The notes: generated by a model from the letters alone, not told the origin. DNA of 64,000 nt from an uncultured delta proteobacterium (GCA_963699755.1 CAVOVB010000002.1:736001-800000), one strand, 5' to 3'; positions 20,150 through 31,510 are shown, counted from the first letter of the stretch. Made by a program: numbers and translations.

Positions 20150-20806
20150 ATGTCCCTCAACGCCCTCAAGTTCGACGACCAAGGTCTGGTGGCCGTCATC
20201 GCGCAGGATGCCGAGACCGGCGAGGTTCGGATGATGGCATATGCGAACGAGCTCGCGATTCGTCGCACCCTCGAAACGGGCGTGGCGCACTTCTACAGCC
20301 GCTCGCGGCGTGAGCTTTGGATGAAGGGCGAGAGTAGCGGGAATACCCTCGAGGTTCGGAGCATCTGGGTCGACTGCGACGGCGATACCCTGATCTACAT
20401 GGTCGATCCAGCCGGTCCGTCCTGTCACACTGGCGCCGACACCTGCTTCTTCCGGCGTCTTCGGGCGGAGGGCGACCCGATCGAGGGCGAAAGCGCGGCG
20501 CCAACGCTCCTCCGTCTCGAGCGAACCCTTCAAGCGCGCAAGGCCTCGAACGCCGGCACGAGCTACACCAAGTCCTTGCTCGATGCGGGGCCCACGAAGA
20601 TCGATGCGAAGCTCCGTGAAGAAGCAGGGGAGCTTGGTCAGGCCCTCATCGAAGAGCCTGTCGAGCGAGTTGCCTCCGAAGCAGGGGATCTGGTCTACCA
20701 CCTGCTCGTCGGCCTGGTGCTTCGTGACGTTTCGCTTCGCGCCCTATGCGCCGAGCTGTCGCGGCGCTTCGGCCAATCCGGGCATGACGAAAAGAAGTCG
20801 CGCTAG
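20150..20806 (+). CDS. hisIE: bifunctional phosphoribosyl-AMP cyclohydrolase / phosphoribosyl-ATP pyrophosphatase
   Basis: YSRSRRELWMKGESSGN, DCDGD, CHTG..TCF; SYT..K.REEAGE..EAGDLVYH. Confidence 0.95.
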   Translation: MSLNALKFDDQGLVAVIAQDAETGEVRMMAYANELAIRRTLETGVAHFYSRSRRELWMKGESSGNTLEVRSIWVDCDGDTLIYMVDPAGPSCHTGADTCFFRRLRAEGDPIEGESAAPTLLRLERTLQARKASNAGTSYTKSLLDAGPTKIDAKLREEAGELGQALIEEPVERVASEAGDLVYHLLVGLVLRDVSLRALCAELSRRFGQSGHDEKKSR

Positions 20807-20811
20807 GGCGA

Positions 20812-21300
20812 CTAGTTGAGGATCTCGTCGATATCGCGCTCGATGGTCTCTTCGCGGACGCGGCGGGCGAGTGCTAGCTCGGTGATGAGAAGCTTACGCG
20901 CTTGTTCCATGAGCTTCTTCTCGCCGTAGCTGAGCTCGCCCTTTTCGGAGCGCACTTTCGCCAAATCTCGCAAGACCTTCGCGACCTTGATCGGAGAGCC
21001 GCTCTTGAGCATCTCTGTGTACTCGCGGTAGCGACGATTCCAGGGCTGTGAGGTCACCGCCACTTCGTCCTTCTTGAGCTCTTCGAGCACCGTCTTAGCG
21101 GCGCTGCGTGACATGACCTGCCGAAGTCCGACCCGATCGACCGCGTTCAGGGCCACTCGGATCGTCCCAGATTTGCCGTTCGCGAGCTTGAGGATATAAA
21201 AGTCGATCTTGTCCGAACCGATCAGCCGCTCCTCGATTTGAGTGATCTCACCGACCCCGTGGGCCGGATGAACTGCCTTGTCGCCTATGCTGAAGCTCAT
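20812..21300 (-). CDS. cdnL: CarD/CdnL-family RNA polymerase-binding factor
   Basis: FSIGDKAVHPAHGVG, WNRRYREYTEMLKSGS..LSYGEK; ~162 aa, without the HMGA-like tail of M. xanthus CarD. Confidence 0.88.
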   Translation of the reverse strand: MSFSIGDKAVHPAHGVGEITQIEERLIGSDKIDFYILKLANGKSGTIRVALNAVDRVGLRQVMSRSAAKTVLEELKKDEVAVTSQPWNRRYREYTEMLKSGSPIKVAKVLRDLAKVRSEKGELSYGEKKLMEQARKLLITELALARRVREETIERDIDEILN

Positions 21301-21403
21301 GAAATCACTCTCCTCTGGGTCGAAAACGACGAAAACCCGCGCCGGGAGCGCGGGCAGGAAACTCTTCGCCGTTGGGTGTGCAAACGAATCCGTGCACTTG
21401 AGC

Positions 21404-21432
21404 TGTATAGCAAAACCCGACCTGGAAGTCAA
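21404..21432 (-). promoter_or_regulatory. sigma70-type cdnL promoter
   Basis: Minus strand TTGACT-17nt-TATACA with extended -10 TG. Confidence 0.65.
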
Positions 21433-21527
21433 TGCTTACTTTTCATCAAACGCTTGTGATTTCAAGGACTTAAACGCTTTTCAGACCCTGTGTTCCGGGG
21501 CGCCCGCGGGCAGCCCGGACAAGGCGT

Positions 21528-22616
21528 TCAGTTTGGCCGCGGGCGCTTGCTCGCGCCGTCCTTCGCCGAAGCGGGTAGATCCACTTTGGCTTCAGCCTGG
21601 GAGGGGGCCGCCTTGTCTTCTTCGACGAGCCCATGCTGCTGAAGCAGCTTGCGTTCAACCGAGGCGAGAATGTCGGGATGCTCTTCGAGGAAAGTGCGCG
21701 CGTTATCTCGGCCCTGGCCGATGCGCTCTTCACCGTGGCTGTACCAAGCGCCCGACTTGTTGATGATGCCGGCTTCGACCCCGAGGTCGAGCACGTCGCC
21801 TGTACGGCTGATGCCCTTACCGAAGAGGATATCGAACTCACATAGACGGAACGGAGGCGCGAGCTTGTTCTTGACGACTTTGACGCGGCAACGGTTGCCG
21901 ACCGCCGCGTCGCCGACTTTGATCGTGCCGATACGGCGAATGTCTATGCGCTGCGAGGCGTAGAACTTGAGCGCGTTGCCGCCGCTGGTGGTTTCGGGAC
22001 TCCCGAACATCACGCCGATCTTCATGCGGATCTGGTTGATGAAGAAGAGGGTGGTGTGGCTCTTCTGGAGGTTTCCGGTGAGCTTTCGAAGCGCCTGGCT
22101 CATCAAGCGCGCCTGAAGACCGACGTGGCTGTCGCCCATCTCGCCTTCGATCTCGGCGCGAGGCACCAGGGCTGCGACCGAGTCGATGACGATCATGTCG
22201 ACCGCGCCCGAGCGGACGAGGGTGTCGGCGATTTCGAGCGCCTGCTCGCCGTTGTCGGGCTGGCTGACCAGGAGCTCGTCGACGTGTACGCCCAGCTTAC
22301 GGGCGTAGCTCGGGTCGAGGGCATGCTCGGCGTCGATGAAGGCCGCGATGCCGCCTTTTTTCTGGCACTCGGCGATCGCATGGAGGGTCAGAGTCGTCTT
22401 GCCGCTCGACTCCGGGCCGTAGATCTCGATGATTCGGCCCCGCGGATAGCCCCCCACGCCCAGAGCGAGGTCGAGGGAAATTGCCCCACTCGAGATCACG
22501 GGAACCTGGATTTTGGCGGATTCGTCGCCTAGGCGCATGATCGCGCCCTTTCCATAGGCTTTCTCAATGGTTCCGAGGGCTAGGTTGAGGGCTTTTTCGC
22601 GGTTCGAGTCGGCCAT
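21528..22616 (-). CDS. recA: recombinase A
   Basis: [34 protein letters not shown]. Confidence 0.99.
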   Translation of the reverse strand: MADSNREKALNLALGTIEKAYGKGAIMRLGDESAKIQVPVISSGAISLDLALGVGGYPRGRIIEIYGPESSGKTTLTLHAIAECQKKGGIAAFIDAEHALDPSYARKLGVHVDELLVSQPDNGEQALEIADTLVRSGAVDMIVIDSVAALVPRAEIEGEMGDSHVGLQARLMSQALRKLTGNLQKSHTTLFFINQIRMKIGVMFGSPETTSGGNALKFYASQRIDIRRIGTIKVGDAAVGNRCRVKVVKNKLAPPFRLCEFDILFGKGISRTGDVLDLGVEAGIINKSGAWYSHGEERIGQGRDNARTFLEEHPDILASVERKLLQQHGLVEEDKAAPSQAEAKVDLPASAKDGASKRPRPN

Positions 22617-22642
22617 GGCGTCAATTCCTTTGGGTGAAACTA

Positions 22643-22681
22643 CCTGAACACCCGTCTAGTCGGCTTCCTTACCTTAGTCAA
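22643..22681 (-). promoter_or_regulatory. recA promoter with an overlapping Myxococcus-type LexA box (22643-22659)
   Basis: Minus strand TTGACT-17nt-TAGACG; CTAGACGGGTGTTCAGG fits CTRHAMRYBYGTTCAGS at 15/17. Confidence 0.75.
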
Positions 22682-22801
22682 GTTCGTGCCGGCGGATGAC
22701 GGAGCGGCCCAAGGAAATGCCCGCTGCGTCCCCCCAGGTCTGCATAGGTCCGTACCCTACCCCGACCAGGTCTCGACAGCGAGAGGAGACCGACCCGAGT
22801 G

Positions 22802-24061
22802 TCAGCGCCCGTCGAGGTCGAAGCTCCTACCTAGCGCTGCGCGGCGGACGAGCTCGAGCGCGATGTAGGCAGACAAGATCTGCACGCGATCTCGCCCCCA
22901 GGGGAGCTTCCGGTGCTTGGTGATCGTCGGCTCGCCCCTGCGCGCCAGGCCGAACCAAATGGTGCCGACCGGCTTGTCTTCGGTACCGCCACCGGGCCCG
23001 GCGATGCCGGTGATCGATACGGCGATGTCAGCGCCGGCCACTCGAAGAGCGCCTTCAGCCATCGCAGTGGCCGTCTCCGAGCTTACCGCACCATGGGCGC
23101 GCAGGACTTCTTGGCTCACGCCTAGCACCGCTTCTTTGGCACTGTTGGCGTAGACGACCGCGTCGAGGAGTAGGTAGTCGGAGGCGCCAGGCACTCGGGT
23201 CAGCATCTCGCCGACCCGCCCACCCGTGCAGGATTCGGCCACCGCGAGGGTCTTCCCCTTGTCGCGGAGGGCGCGGCCCACCACTTCGGAAAACGAATCA
23301 TCGCGGCCGCCAAACACGGCGTCGCCGAGGAGGATGCGCACTTCCTCTGCTATCGAGTCCGACTGCCGCTCCGCCTCGACCGCGGAAGAAGCGCGCACGT
23401 GCACCTTCACCTCGATCTCGGGGAAGTGTGCGCGGTAGCCGAGGGTCAAGCCTTCGTGCTTCTTCTCGAGACCATGAAGCGCCTGGGCCACACCCGACTC
23501 GGTCATACCGAAGGTCCGGATATGCACCTGGTGGGTCCGAGGCTCTGCGAGCGGCGCGATCGCCGGTAGGATCGACTCAGCAAAGATCCGCTTCATCTCG
23601 CGCGGAACGCCCGGCGCGAAGAAGAATCGCGCCTCGCCGAGGGTCATTGCGAATCCAGGAGCCGTGCCCACCGGGTTTGGGAGAACCTCTGCGCCCTCGG
23701 GAAAGTCGCCCTGTTTTGCGTTCGAGTCCGGCATCACGCGTCCGAAGGCCTCGAACTTCTGCCGAATTCCGTCGACGACGCGCTCGTTACGGCGAAGCCC
23801 GACGCCCGCTGCGCGTGCCGCCGCTTCCGTGGTGAGATCATCCGAGGTCGGGCCCAGCCCGCCTGTGACGAGCACGACCTGATGCAATTCCGCAAAGCGT
23901 TGTATCAGCGTCACGATTCGCTGCAGGTCATCGTCTACGGTCGCGTGCTCGGTGACTTCGAAGCCGAGCTTGGTCAGCTCTTCCCCCAACCAGGCAGCGT
24001 TTGTATTCACCAACTCACCACGGGTGAGCTCGGTGCCAATCGATAACACAGCGGCCGTCAT
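22802..24061 (-). CDS. cinA: competence/damage-inducible protein A (MoCF-like domain plus PncC NMN deamidase)
   Basis: IGTEL..NTN, GGLGPTSDD, GTAPG, AESCTGG, GIAGPGG. Confidence 0.95.
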   Translation of the reverse strand: MTAAVLSIGTELTRGELVNTNAAWLGEELTKLGFEVTEHATVDDDLQRIVTLIQRFAELHQVVLVTGGLGPTSDDLTTEAAARAAGVGLRRNERVVDGIRQKFEAFGRVMPDSNAKQGDFPEGAEVLPNPVGTAPGFAMTLGEARFFFAPGVPREMKRIFAESILPAIAPLAEPRTHQVHIRTFGMTESGVAQALHGLEKKHEGLTLGYRAHFPEIEVKVHVRASSAVEAERQSDSIAEEVRILLGDAVFGGRDDSFSEVVGRALRDKGKTLAVAESCTGGRVGEMLTRVPGASDYLLLDAVVYANSAKEAVLGVSQEVLRAHGAVSSETATAMAEGALRVAGADIAVSITGIAGPGGGTEDKPVGTIWFGLARRGEPTITKHRKLPWGRDRVQILSAYIALELVRRAALGRSFDLDGR

Positions 24062-24176
24062 CTGGGTCGGGGAGTGTCCGCAATCGCTCGACCGGCGTCA
24101 ACCGCTTTGCCCTTAGGGGTGGATGTGGTAGCGAACCGGGAAGCTTTTGGGGGTTTCTCGCGTTGATGGGAGTCAG

Positions 24177-25553
24177 ATGAACCGGACATTGATGGGTAGA
24201 GCATTGGGGGTGCTGGTCACCGCCGCGACCTTCCTCGCAGGAAGCGAGGCCGCGGCGGAGCAGAACACCGCAGCGCTCTCGAACCTCCAGGTGAGCCGCG
24301 CATCCCTCGAAAACGGCCTGCGTGTCGTGATGAACCAGGACCATACCGTCCCGACGGTTGCCATTTCGGTCTACTACGACGTCGGCTCACGGAACGAAGC
24401 CAAGGGGCGCTCGGGCTTCGCGCATCTGTTCGAGCACATGATGTTTCAGGGCTCGGCCAATGTCGGCAAGGGCGAGCACTTCAGCCTGATCATCAATCGG
24501 GGCGGCAGCGCAAACGGCACGACGAGCAACGACCGGACCAACTACTTCGAGACCCTGCCCTCGAACGAGCTCGCGCTAGGGCTCTGGCTCGAGGCGGATC
24601 GGATGCGATCGCTGGCGATCACTCAGGAGAACTTCGAGAACCAGCGGATGACCGTCATGGAAGAACGGCGTCAGCGCATAGACAACCAGCCGTACATTCC
24701 GAGCATGCTGCGCATCAACGAGCTGGCGTACGGAGAGTACTGGCCGTACGCACACTCCACCATCGGGGACATGCAGGACTTGATCGACGCGCCCCTCGAA
24801 GCTGTCCAGCAGTTCTTCACTACCTTCTACGCGCCCAACAACGCGGTCCTGAGCATCAGCGGGGACTTCAACCCGGAAGAGGCGATGCGACTTGTCGAAA
24901 AGTACTTCGGTGAGATTCCCGCACATGAAACCCCTGCGTTCTCCGAGCCGGCCCCACCTGCGCAAAACGCGGAGCGACGCGAAACGATGTATGACGCGAA
25001 CGCGACGCTCCCGGCATTCCACGTCGCGTACCACATTCCCCCGAGTCGGACTCCCGATCACTATGCCATCGAGATCCTCGCGCTGGTGCTCGGCGATGGT
25101 GAATCGAGCCGGCTCTATCAAACGCTCGTGAAACAGAAGGAGATCTGCCAAGAAGTGGCTGTCGGAACCGACGACCGGCGCGGACCCGATCTCTTCTCGA
25201 TCTGGGCGGTGATGGCGAGCGGACACGCGCCAGACGAAGCTCAGGATATCATCCTGGCCGAGCTCCAGGCGATCGCCCACAAGGGCGTGACCGATCGCGA
25301 GCTCCAGAAGGCCAAAAACCGGATCGCCGCCGCCTTCGTGTTCGGGCTTCAGTCGAACATGTCGCGATCGCAGCGACTGGCGGAGTACGAGCTCTACTGG
25401 GGCGACGCGAACCTGCTCAAGTTGGAGCTCGACCACTACCTGGCGGTCTCCGTAGGCGACGTCAAGCGAGTGGCGCGCACCTATTTCGATGCGAGCCAGC
25501 GCACTGTGCTCGACGTCTTGCCCGGCACGGCGCCCAGTTCGGAGGAGAAGTGA
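24177..25553 (+). CDS. M16 zinc peptidase, catalytic subunit, with signal peptide
   Basis: HLFEH (HxxEH) motif, NGTT..DRTNY, EERR; hydrophobic N-terminus; SD GGGAG. Confidence 0.92.
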   Translation: MNRTLMGRALGVLVTAATFLAGSEAAAEQNTAALSNLQVSRASLENGLRVVMNQDHTVPTVAISVYYDVGSRNEAKGRSGFAHLFEHMMFQGSANVGKGEHFSLIINRGGSANGTTSNDRTNYFETLPSNELALGLWLEADRMRSLAITQENFENQRMTVMEERRQRIDNQPYIPSMLRINELAYGEYWPYAHSTIGDMQDLIDAPLEAVQQFFTTFYAPNNAVLSISGDFNPEEAMRLVEKYFGEIPAHETPAFSEPAPPAQNAERRETMYDANATLPAFHVAYHIPPSRTPDHYAIEILALVLGDGESSRLYQTLVKQKEICQEVAVGTDDRRGPDLFSIWAVMASGHAPDEAQDIILAELQAIAHKGVTDRELQKAKNRIAAAFVFGLQSNMSRSQRLAEYELYWGDANLLKLELDHYLAVSVGDVKRVARTYFDASQRTVLDVLPGTAPSSEEK

Positions 25554-27100
25554 TGACTTCGCATCGACTTCGTTTCGCCGTCATCGCCCTTGGCGCGCCA
25601 CTGCTCTTGGCAGCCTGTACGGGGTCCACGGCGAGCAGCAGCGCCGAGCCCAAGTCCGCAGAGGATGTGAAGTCGACAGCTGTGCCTGAACGGCAGCCCC
25701 CGCCCGCGCCGAGCGAGTCCAAAGACATGTCGCTTCCGCCGGTGGTCATCACCGAGCTGAGCAACGGCATGCAGGTCAACACGATCGTAGCAGACGAGCT
25801 TCCGGTCGTGTACGCAACCCTGGTGGTGCGTAGCGGCGCCGAATCCGACCCGGCAAAGCTGCCGGGGCTGTCGGGCCTGGTCGCTCAAATGCTCAAAGAG
25901 GGCACCGTGAAGCGCTCGGGCGCCAAGATCGCCGAGGAGATAGAGTTCCTGGGCGCTGACCTTTGGGCCAGCTCGGACGAAGAAAACACCTACGTTGGCG
26001 TTCGGGCGCTCTCCGAGCAGTTCGACTTGGTCATGACCATCCTGGCCGAGGTCGCTGGAACGCCCGCCTTCAGCGACAAGGAGCTCGAGAAGCTCAAGCG
26101 GCGCGAGCTCGATCGCCTTGCGCTCTCGGAACGAGAACCGAGCTACATCGCACGCCGTACCTTCTATCGACAACTCTACGGCAAGCATCCGTACGCAACG
26201 GTCGACACCAATCCGGTGGCGGTCAAAAGGGTTCGCCGCCAGGACCTGGTGCGCTGGCATCGCGAGCAGTTCGTCGGCAAGAACGCCTTCTTGGTGGTCG
26301 CCGGAGATGTCGATCCCGCAGATGTGACCGAGGCAGCTCAAAAGACGCTTGGCGCCTGGAGGGCAGGCAAGCGCGCCGTCCCGACCTACGAAGAACCGCC
26401 GCGACCTACCGACCGCCGTATCTTGGTCGTCGATCGCCCCGGGTCGGTGCAATCGGTCATCTACATGGGGAATCTCGCAATCGCGCGCGCAAACCGGGAA
26501 TGGATTCCGTTGATGGTTGCCAATCAGGTCCTGGGCGGCTCTGCGGCGTCACGGCTCTTCATGGACCTTCGCGAGAAGCGGAGCCTAACCTATGGCGCAT
26601 ATAGCGCGATTAGCGAGCGCGTGGAGATCGGTCCCTTCGTCGCTTACGCCTCGGTTCGAACCGAGGTGACGGAAGAAGCGGTCGGTGCGTTTTTCGAGCA
26701 TCTCGAACGGATCAACCGGGAACCGGCCGAACCCGAGGAGTTGTTGAATGCGAAGAGGTACTTGAGCGACTCGTTCCCGCTCAAGGTCGACACCCCGGGC
26801 AAGCTGGCCGACTTGGTGGTCGAGCTCCGGACCTTCGGCTTGCCCGACGACTATTGGGACCGCTACCGCCAAGCGATCCGGAAGACGAGCGGGTCCGAGG
26901 CGCAGTACGTCGCGCGCAACTACATCAGGCCGGACGACTCCTTGGTTGTGATCGTCGGTCAGGCAGCGGATTTTGCCCAATCCCTACAGAAGTACGGGCC
27001 GGTGACCGTAGTATCGCCGGACGGGGAGGTGAAGGCGAAGTTCGAGGACAAGCGACCAAAAGCCCCCGGCTCTGGTGCGCGGCGCGGTGCGATCCATTAG
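25553..27100 (+). CDS. M16 peptidase non-catalytic partner, lipoprotein
   Basis: Lipobox LAAC; no HxxEH; SRLFMDLREKRSLTYG motif; overlaps the upstream stop. Confidence 0.9.
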   Translation: MTSHRLRFAVIALGAPLLLAACTGSTASSSAEPKSAEDVKSTAVPERQPPPAPSESKDMSLPPVVITELSNGMQVNTIVADELPVVYATLVVRSGAESDPAKLPGLSGLVAQMLKEGTVKRSGAKIAEEIEFLGADLWASSDEENTYVGVRALSEQFDLVMTILAEVAGTPAFSDKELEKLKRRELDRLALSEREPSYIARRTFYRQLYGKHPYATVDTNPVAVKRVRRQDLVRWHREQFVGKNAFLVVAGDVDPADVTEAAQKTLGAWRAGKRAVPTYEEPPRPTDRRILVVDRPGSVQSVIYMGNLAIARANREWIPLMVANQVLGGSAASRLFMDLREKRSLTYGAYSAISERVEIGPFVAYASVRTEVTEEAVGAFFEHLERINREPAEPEELLNAKRYLSDSFPLKVDTPGKLADLVVELRTFGLPDDYWDRYRQAIRKTSGSEAQYVARNYIRPDDSLVVIVGQAADFAQSLQKYGPVTVVSPDGEVKAKFEDKRPKAPGSGARRGAIH

Positions 27101-27109
27101 AGTCGGAAC

Positions 27110-28942
<1,833 letters not shown>

Positions 28943-28950
28943 GGCGCGCG

Positions 28951-30045
28951 ATGAAAATCGGCCTCGTCACGACGGGCTTCCCACGCTTCGAGGGTGACTG
29001 CAGCGGCGCGTTTCTCTTGACGCTGGCGCGGGGAATCGTCGAGCAAGGTCACACTGTTCGCGTCATGGCCCCGGAGCCACCGGGCCCCCGCGCAGCGCCT
29101 CGCTGGCCGGGGATCGAGGTGCGTTGGGTTCCCTATCTGCGGCCCCGCGCCCTGCAGCGGTCTTTCTATGGGAGCGGCGCACCGGACAACTTGCGCCAAA
29201 GGCCGGTGCGCTGGCTCGGCGCGATTAGCTTCACGGCTGCGCTCTTCCGCGCATCGAGGCGAGAGCTCGCCGACTGTGATGCCTTGCTGAGCTCCTGGTG
29301 TATTCCAAGCGGCTGGGTGGCCTCGAAAACCGCCGGATGTCGCCCACATCTTTGCATCTGCCATGCGACCGACCTCCGCTGGCTCTCGAACATGCCCGGA
29401 GCCCGAGGCGTCGCAGTCGGGATTGCCAAAGGGGCCACCTCGATGTGGTTCTTGAGCGAGGGGCTTCGAGATCGATTCTTCGAAACCGCCGGCGTCGAGC
29501 CGTCCCTGGCATGCAGCCACGTCGGGCCCATGCCGATCGAGCGGCCCCAGGAGCTCGCCCAGGGCCGGCAGGAGCTCCGCGGCCGCCTCGGGATCGATGG
29601 CTTCACATTGCTCTTCTTGGGGCGCCTGGTGCCCGTCAAGGGCGTCGCGCGGCTTCTCCACGCCATCGCCGCTTTCCCCGAGCCGATCAGCCTCAGGATC
29701 GCCGGCGACGGCCCCGAGCGCGAAGGGTTACGCGCCCTGGCGCAACGACTTCACGTTGACGCGTGCTTCGAGGGCTGGGTGGGCGGGGCGCGAAAAGAAG
29801 CACTCCTTCGAGCCTGCGACGCGATCGTCGTTCCGTCGGAGCCTCAGGACGGGCTGCCCACGGTGCTCTTCGAGGCCAGGGCGCGTGCTCTTCCGATCAT
29901 CGCGACCGAGATAGACGCAATCGCCGAACGCGTCGGGCGTCACCCAGACGTGACGCTCGTCCCGGCAAACGATCTCGCGGCCCTCCGGGGCGCGATTCTC
30001 GCGCTTCACCGCCGCGGCGCCGCCGAGGCTTCGCTCAGGGGTTGA
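28951..30045 (+). CDS. GT4-family glycosyltransferase
   Basis: FLGRLVPVKG, IAGDGPER, PS...DGLPTVLFEA. Confidence 0.9.
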   Translation: MKIGLVTTGFPRFEGDCSGAFLLTLARGIVEQGHTVRVMAPEPPGPRAAPRWPGIEVRWVPYLRPRALQRSFYGSGAPDNLRQRPVRWLGAISFTAALFRASRRELADCDALLSSWCIPSGWVASKTAGCRPHLCICHATDLRWLSNMPGARGVAVGIAKGATSMWFLSEGLRDRFFETAGVEPSLACSHVGPMPIERPQELAQGRQELRGRLGIDGFTLLFLGRLVPVKGVARLLHAIAAFPEPISLRIAGDGPEREGLRALAQRLHVDACFEGWVGGARKEALLRACDAIVVPSEPQDGLPTVLFEARARALPIIATEIDAIAERVGRHPDVTLVPANDLAALRGAILALHRRGAAEASLRG

Positions 30046-30748
30046 CCTTCAGCGTACCCTTTGGAGCTCGAAAGCTGAAGCGCTTGTCGGGGACGTCGCG
30101 GTTGAACTTGATCTTCGAGAAGTCGAAGCGGTTGCGGTTCCCCGCCGAATCGATGATCAGGACTCGCTGCACGATGCCAGCGCGCTTGCCGTCGGTCGTT
30201 AGCGTCCGCACGTAGAAAACCAACTGCTCGTAGTTTGGCGTAGCCTGGCGGGGAATGAGCTGAAGCACATAGCCGCCCTTGAACTTCTCGTCGTCGTGCT
30301 CGAGAAGGCGAACCTCGAAGTCGTGTTCGAGGTTGCCAGTGCCGATGAGAAACGAGAATGCCGACGGGAGCTGATCCTCGCCGAGCGCACGCTCGATGAG
30401 CTGACCGCTTTTTTCGCCTTCCTCGGGCGGCTGATAGATCAACAGTCTCTTGCCGTTACTCACGAAGACCTGTCCGTTGGGCTGCGCATAGTCCCAACGC
30501 ATCATCCCGGGCTTCTTGAATACGACTTTCCCGCTCGTGCGATCGTAGCGGTCGTAGAGACGAGTATAGCGAGTCTGCTCGAAGTCCGCCTGCAAGGTCT
30601 TGGTCTGGTCGTAGAACGATTGCACCAAGCCGATGACCACTGCCGGGTCGAGCGGTTTGGCTGATTCGGCCTCCTGGGCGGCCGCGCCCCCCGGCCGCGA
30701 AACCACCACGAAACACAAAACCAAGGCCCCAACAAGTCTCGTGATCAT
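30035..30748 (-). CDS. lolA: outer-membrane lipoprotein carrier LolA-like protein
   Basis: Signal peptide; LQADFEQ..SGKVVFKKPGMMRWDY..SNGK. Confidence 0.85.
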   Translation of the reverse strand: MITRLVGALVLCFVVVSRPGGAAAQEAESAKPLDPAVVIGLVQSFYDQTKTLQADFEQTRYTRLYDRYDRTSGKVVFKKPGMMRWDYAQPNGQVFVSNGKRLLIYQPPEEGEKSGQLIERALGEDQLPSAFSFLIGTGNLEHDFEVRLLEHDDEKFKGGYVLQLIPRQATPNYEQLVFYVRTLTTDGKRAGIVQRVLIIDSAGNRNRFDFSKIKFNRDVPDKRFSFRAPKGTLKVNP

Positions 30749-30962
30749 GAAAACCTAAAACGCCCCCAGCGGGGATAGTATTCACCCTGAACCCGGACAC
30801 ACAAGGCAAGGAGAAATCCCCAAGACTGGGATTGATCATTGCGGACAACGACCGTAGGATAGGGAGGGTAGGCGTTGGTGCGTTTCGGTTTGATCTTGAC
30901 TGAATCTCACCCGTCTTGTCGCTTTCTTGGCTTGAGAAACCACTGAGCACCTCGGAGGTGAC

Positions 30963-31157
30963 ATGTCCAAGAATCACGCTCGAACGATCCCGCCGGAACG
31001 GCAAAGGTCACACCTCGAAAAGAAGCATGCCGAGCTCTCGGAACGCGTGGCAGCGCTGGATAGCCGCATGAGTCTCACTCCGAGCGAGGAGCTCGAGCTC
31101 CATCAGTTGAAGAAAGAAAAGCTTTGGGCAAAGGACGCCCTGCGCGACGTTGACTAG
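30963..31157 (+). CDS. small coiled-coil protein, YdcH/DUF465-like
   Basis: LEKKHAEL..LTP.EE.EL..LKKEKL..KD; SD GGAGG; followed by a terminator. Confidence 0.8.
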   Translation: MSKNHARTIPPERQRSHLEKKHAELSERVAALDSRMSLTPSEELELHQLKKEKLWAKDALRDVD

Positions 31158-31221
31158 TAGCCAGCGCCCTGCGCCGAAGTCCTAGCATCGCTCCTAATCA
31201 CCCCGCTTCGATAAACCGCGT

Positions 31222-31267
31222 GAACGGCCTGTCCCACCCGCTTTCTCCTGGGGCGGGCCGTTCTTTT
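31222..31267 (+). terminator. intrinsic terminator of the DUF465 gene
   Basis: 15-bp stem GAACGGCCTGTCCCA/TGGGGCGGGCCGTTC (two G.U pairs valid on +), followed by TTTT. Confidence 0.75.
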
Positions 31268-31304
31268 GCGTTGGGGGCCTCCCCTGAGAGCCGTTGGGGC
31301 ATTA

Positions 31305-31338
31305 AGACAAAATGGGCCACCGATCGGTGACCCATTTC
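31305..31338 (-). terminator. intrinsic terminator of the candidate sRNA
   Basis: Minus strand AAAUGGGUCACC-GAUC-GGUGGCCCAUUUUGUCU; the U.G pair is valid only on the minus strand. Confidence 0.75.
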
Positions 31339-31484
31339 AAACGAAAGAATCGATGCTACAGTCAATAAGCTAGGGCAAGTAAGCTAAGCTGGATTATCCA
31401 ATCCTTTGGAGTTAAGAACGACCCATCGCCACGCGGATGCCGGGCAAGCTGGAAGTGCGCGGCGAGGGGTCTTAAGGAAGCGAT
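31305..31484 (-). ncRNA. candidate novel sigma54-dependent small RNA (~180 nt)
   Basis: Bounded by a sigma54 promoter and an intrinsic terminator on the same strand; 15-bp 5' stem-loop (31420-31471); no ORF over 5 codons contained within the transcript. Confidence 0.7.
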
Positions 31485-31493
31485 TGGTTCCGT

Positions 31494-31510
31494 TGCAATC
31501 GCGATGCCAA
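31494..31510 (-). promoter_or_regulatory. sigma54 (-24/-12) promoter
   Basis: Minus strand TTGGCATCGCGATTGCA: GG-N10-GC with TGGCA and TTGCA cores. Confidence 0.8.

Noticed and set aside
31305..31484. Identification of the sRNA as 6S, SRP, tmRNA or Pxr
   Set aside because: No SRP GGAAG..AGCAG loop, no tRNA-like ends, not a single long rod, and no adjacent NtrC-type gene as at Pxr. An Rfam search is still needed.
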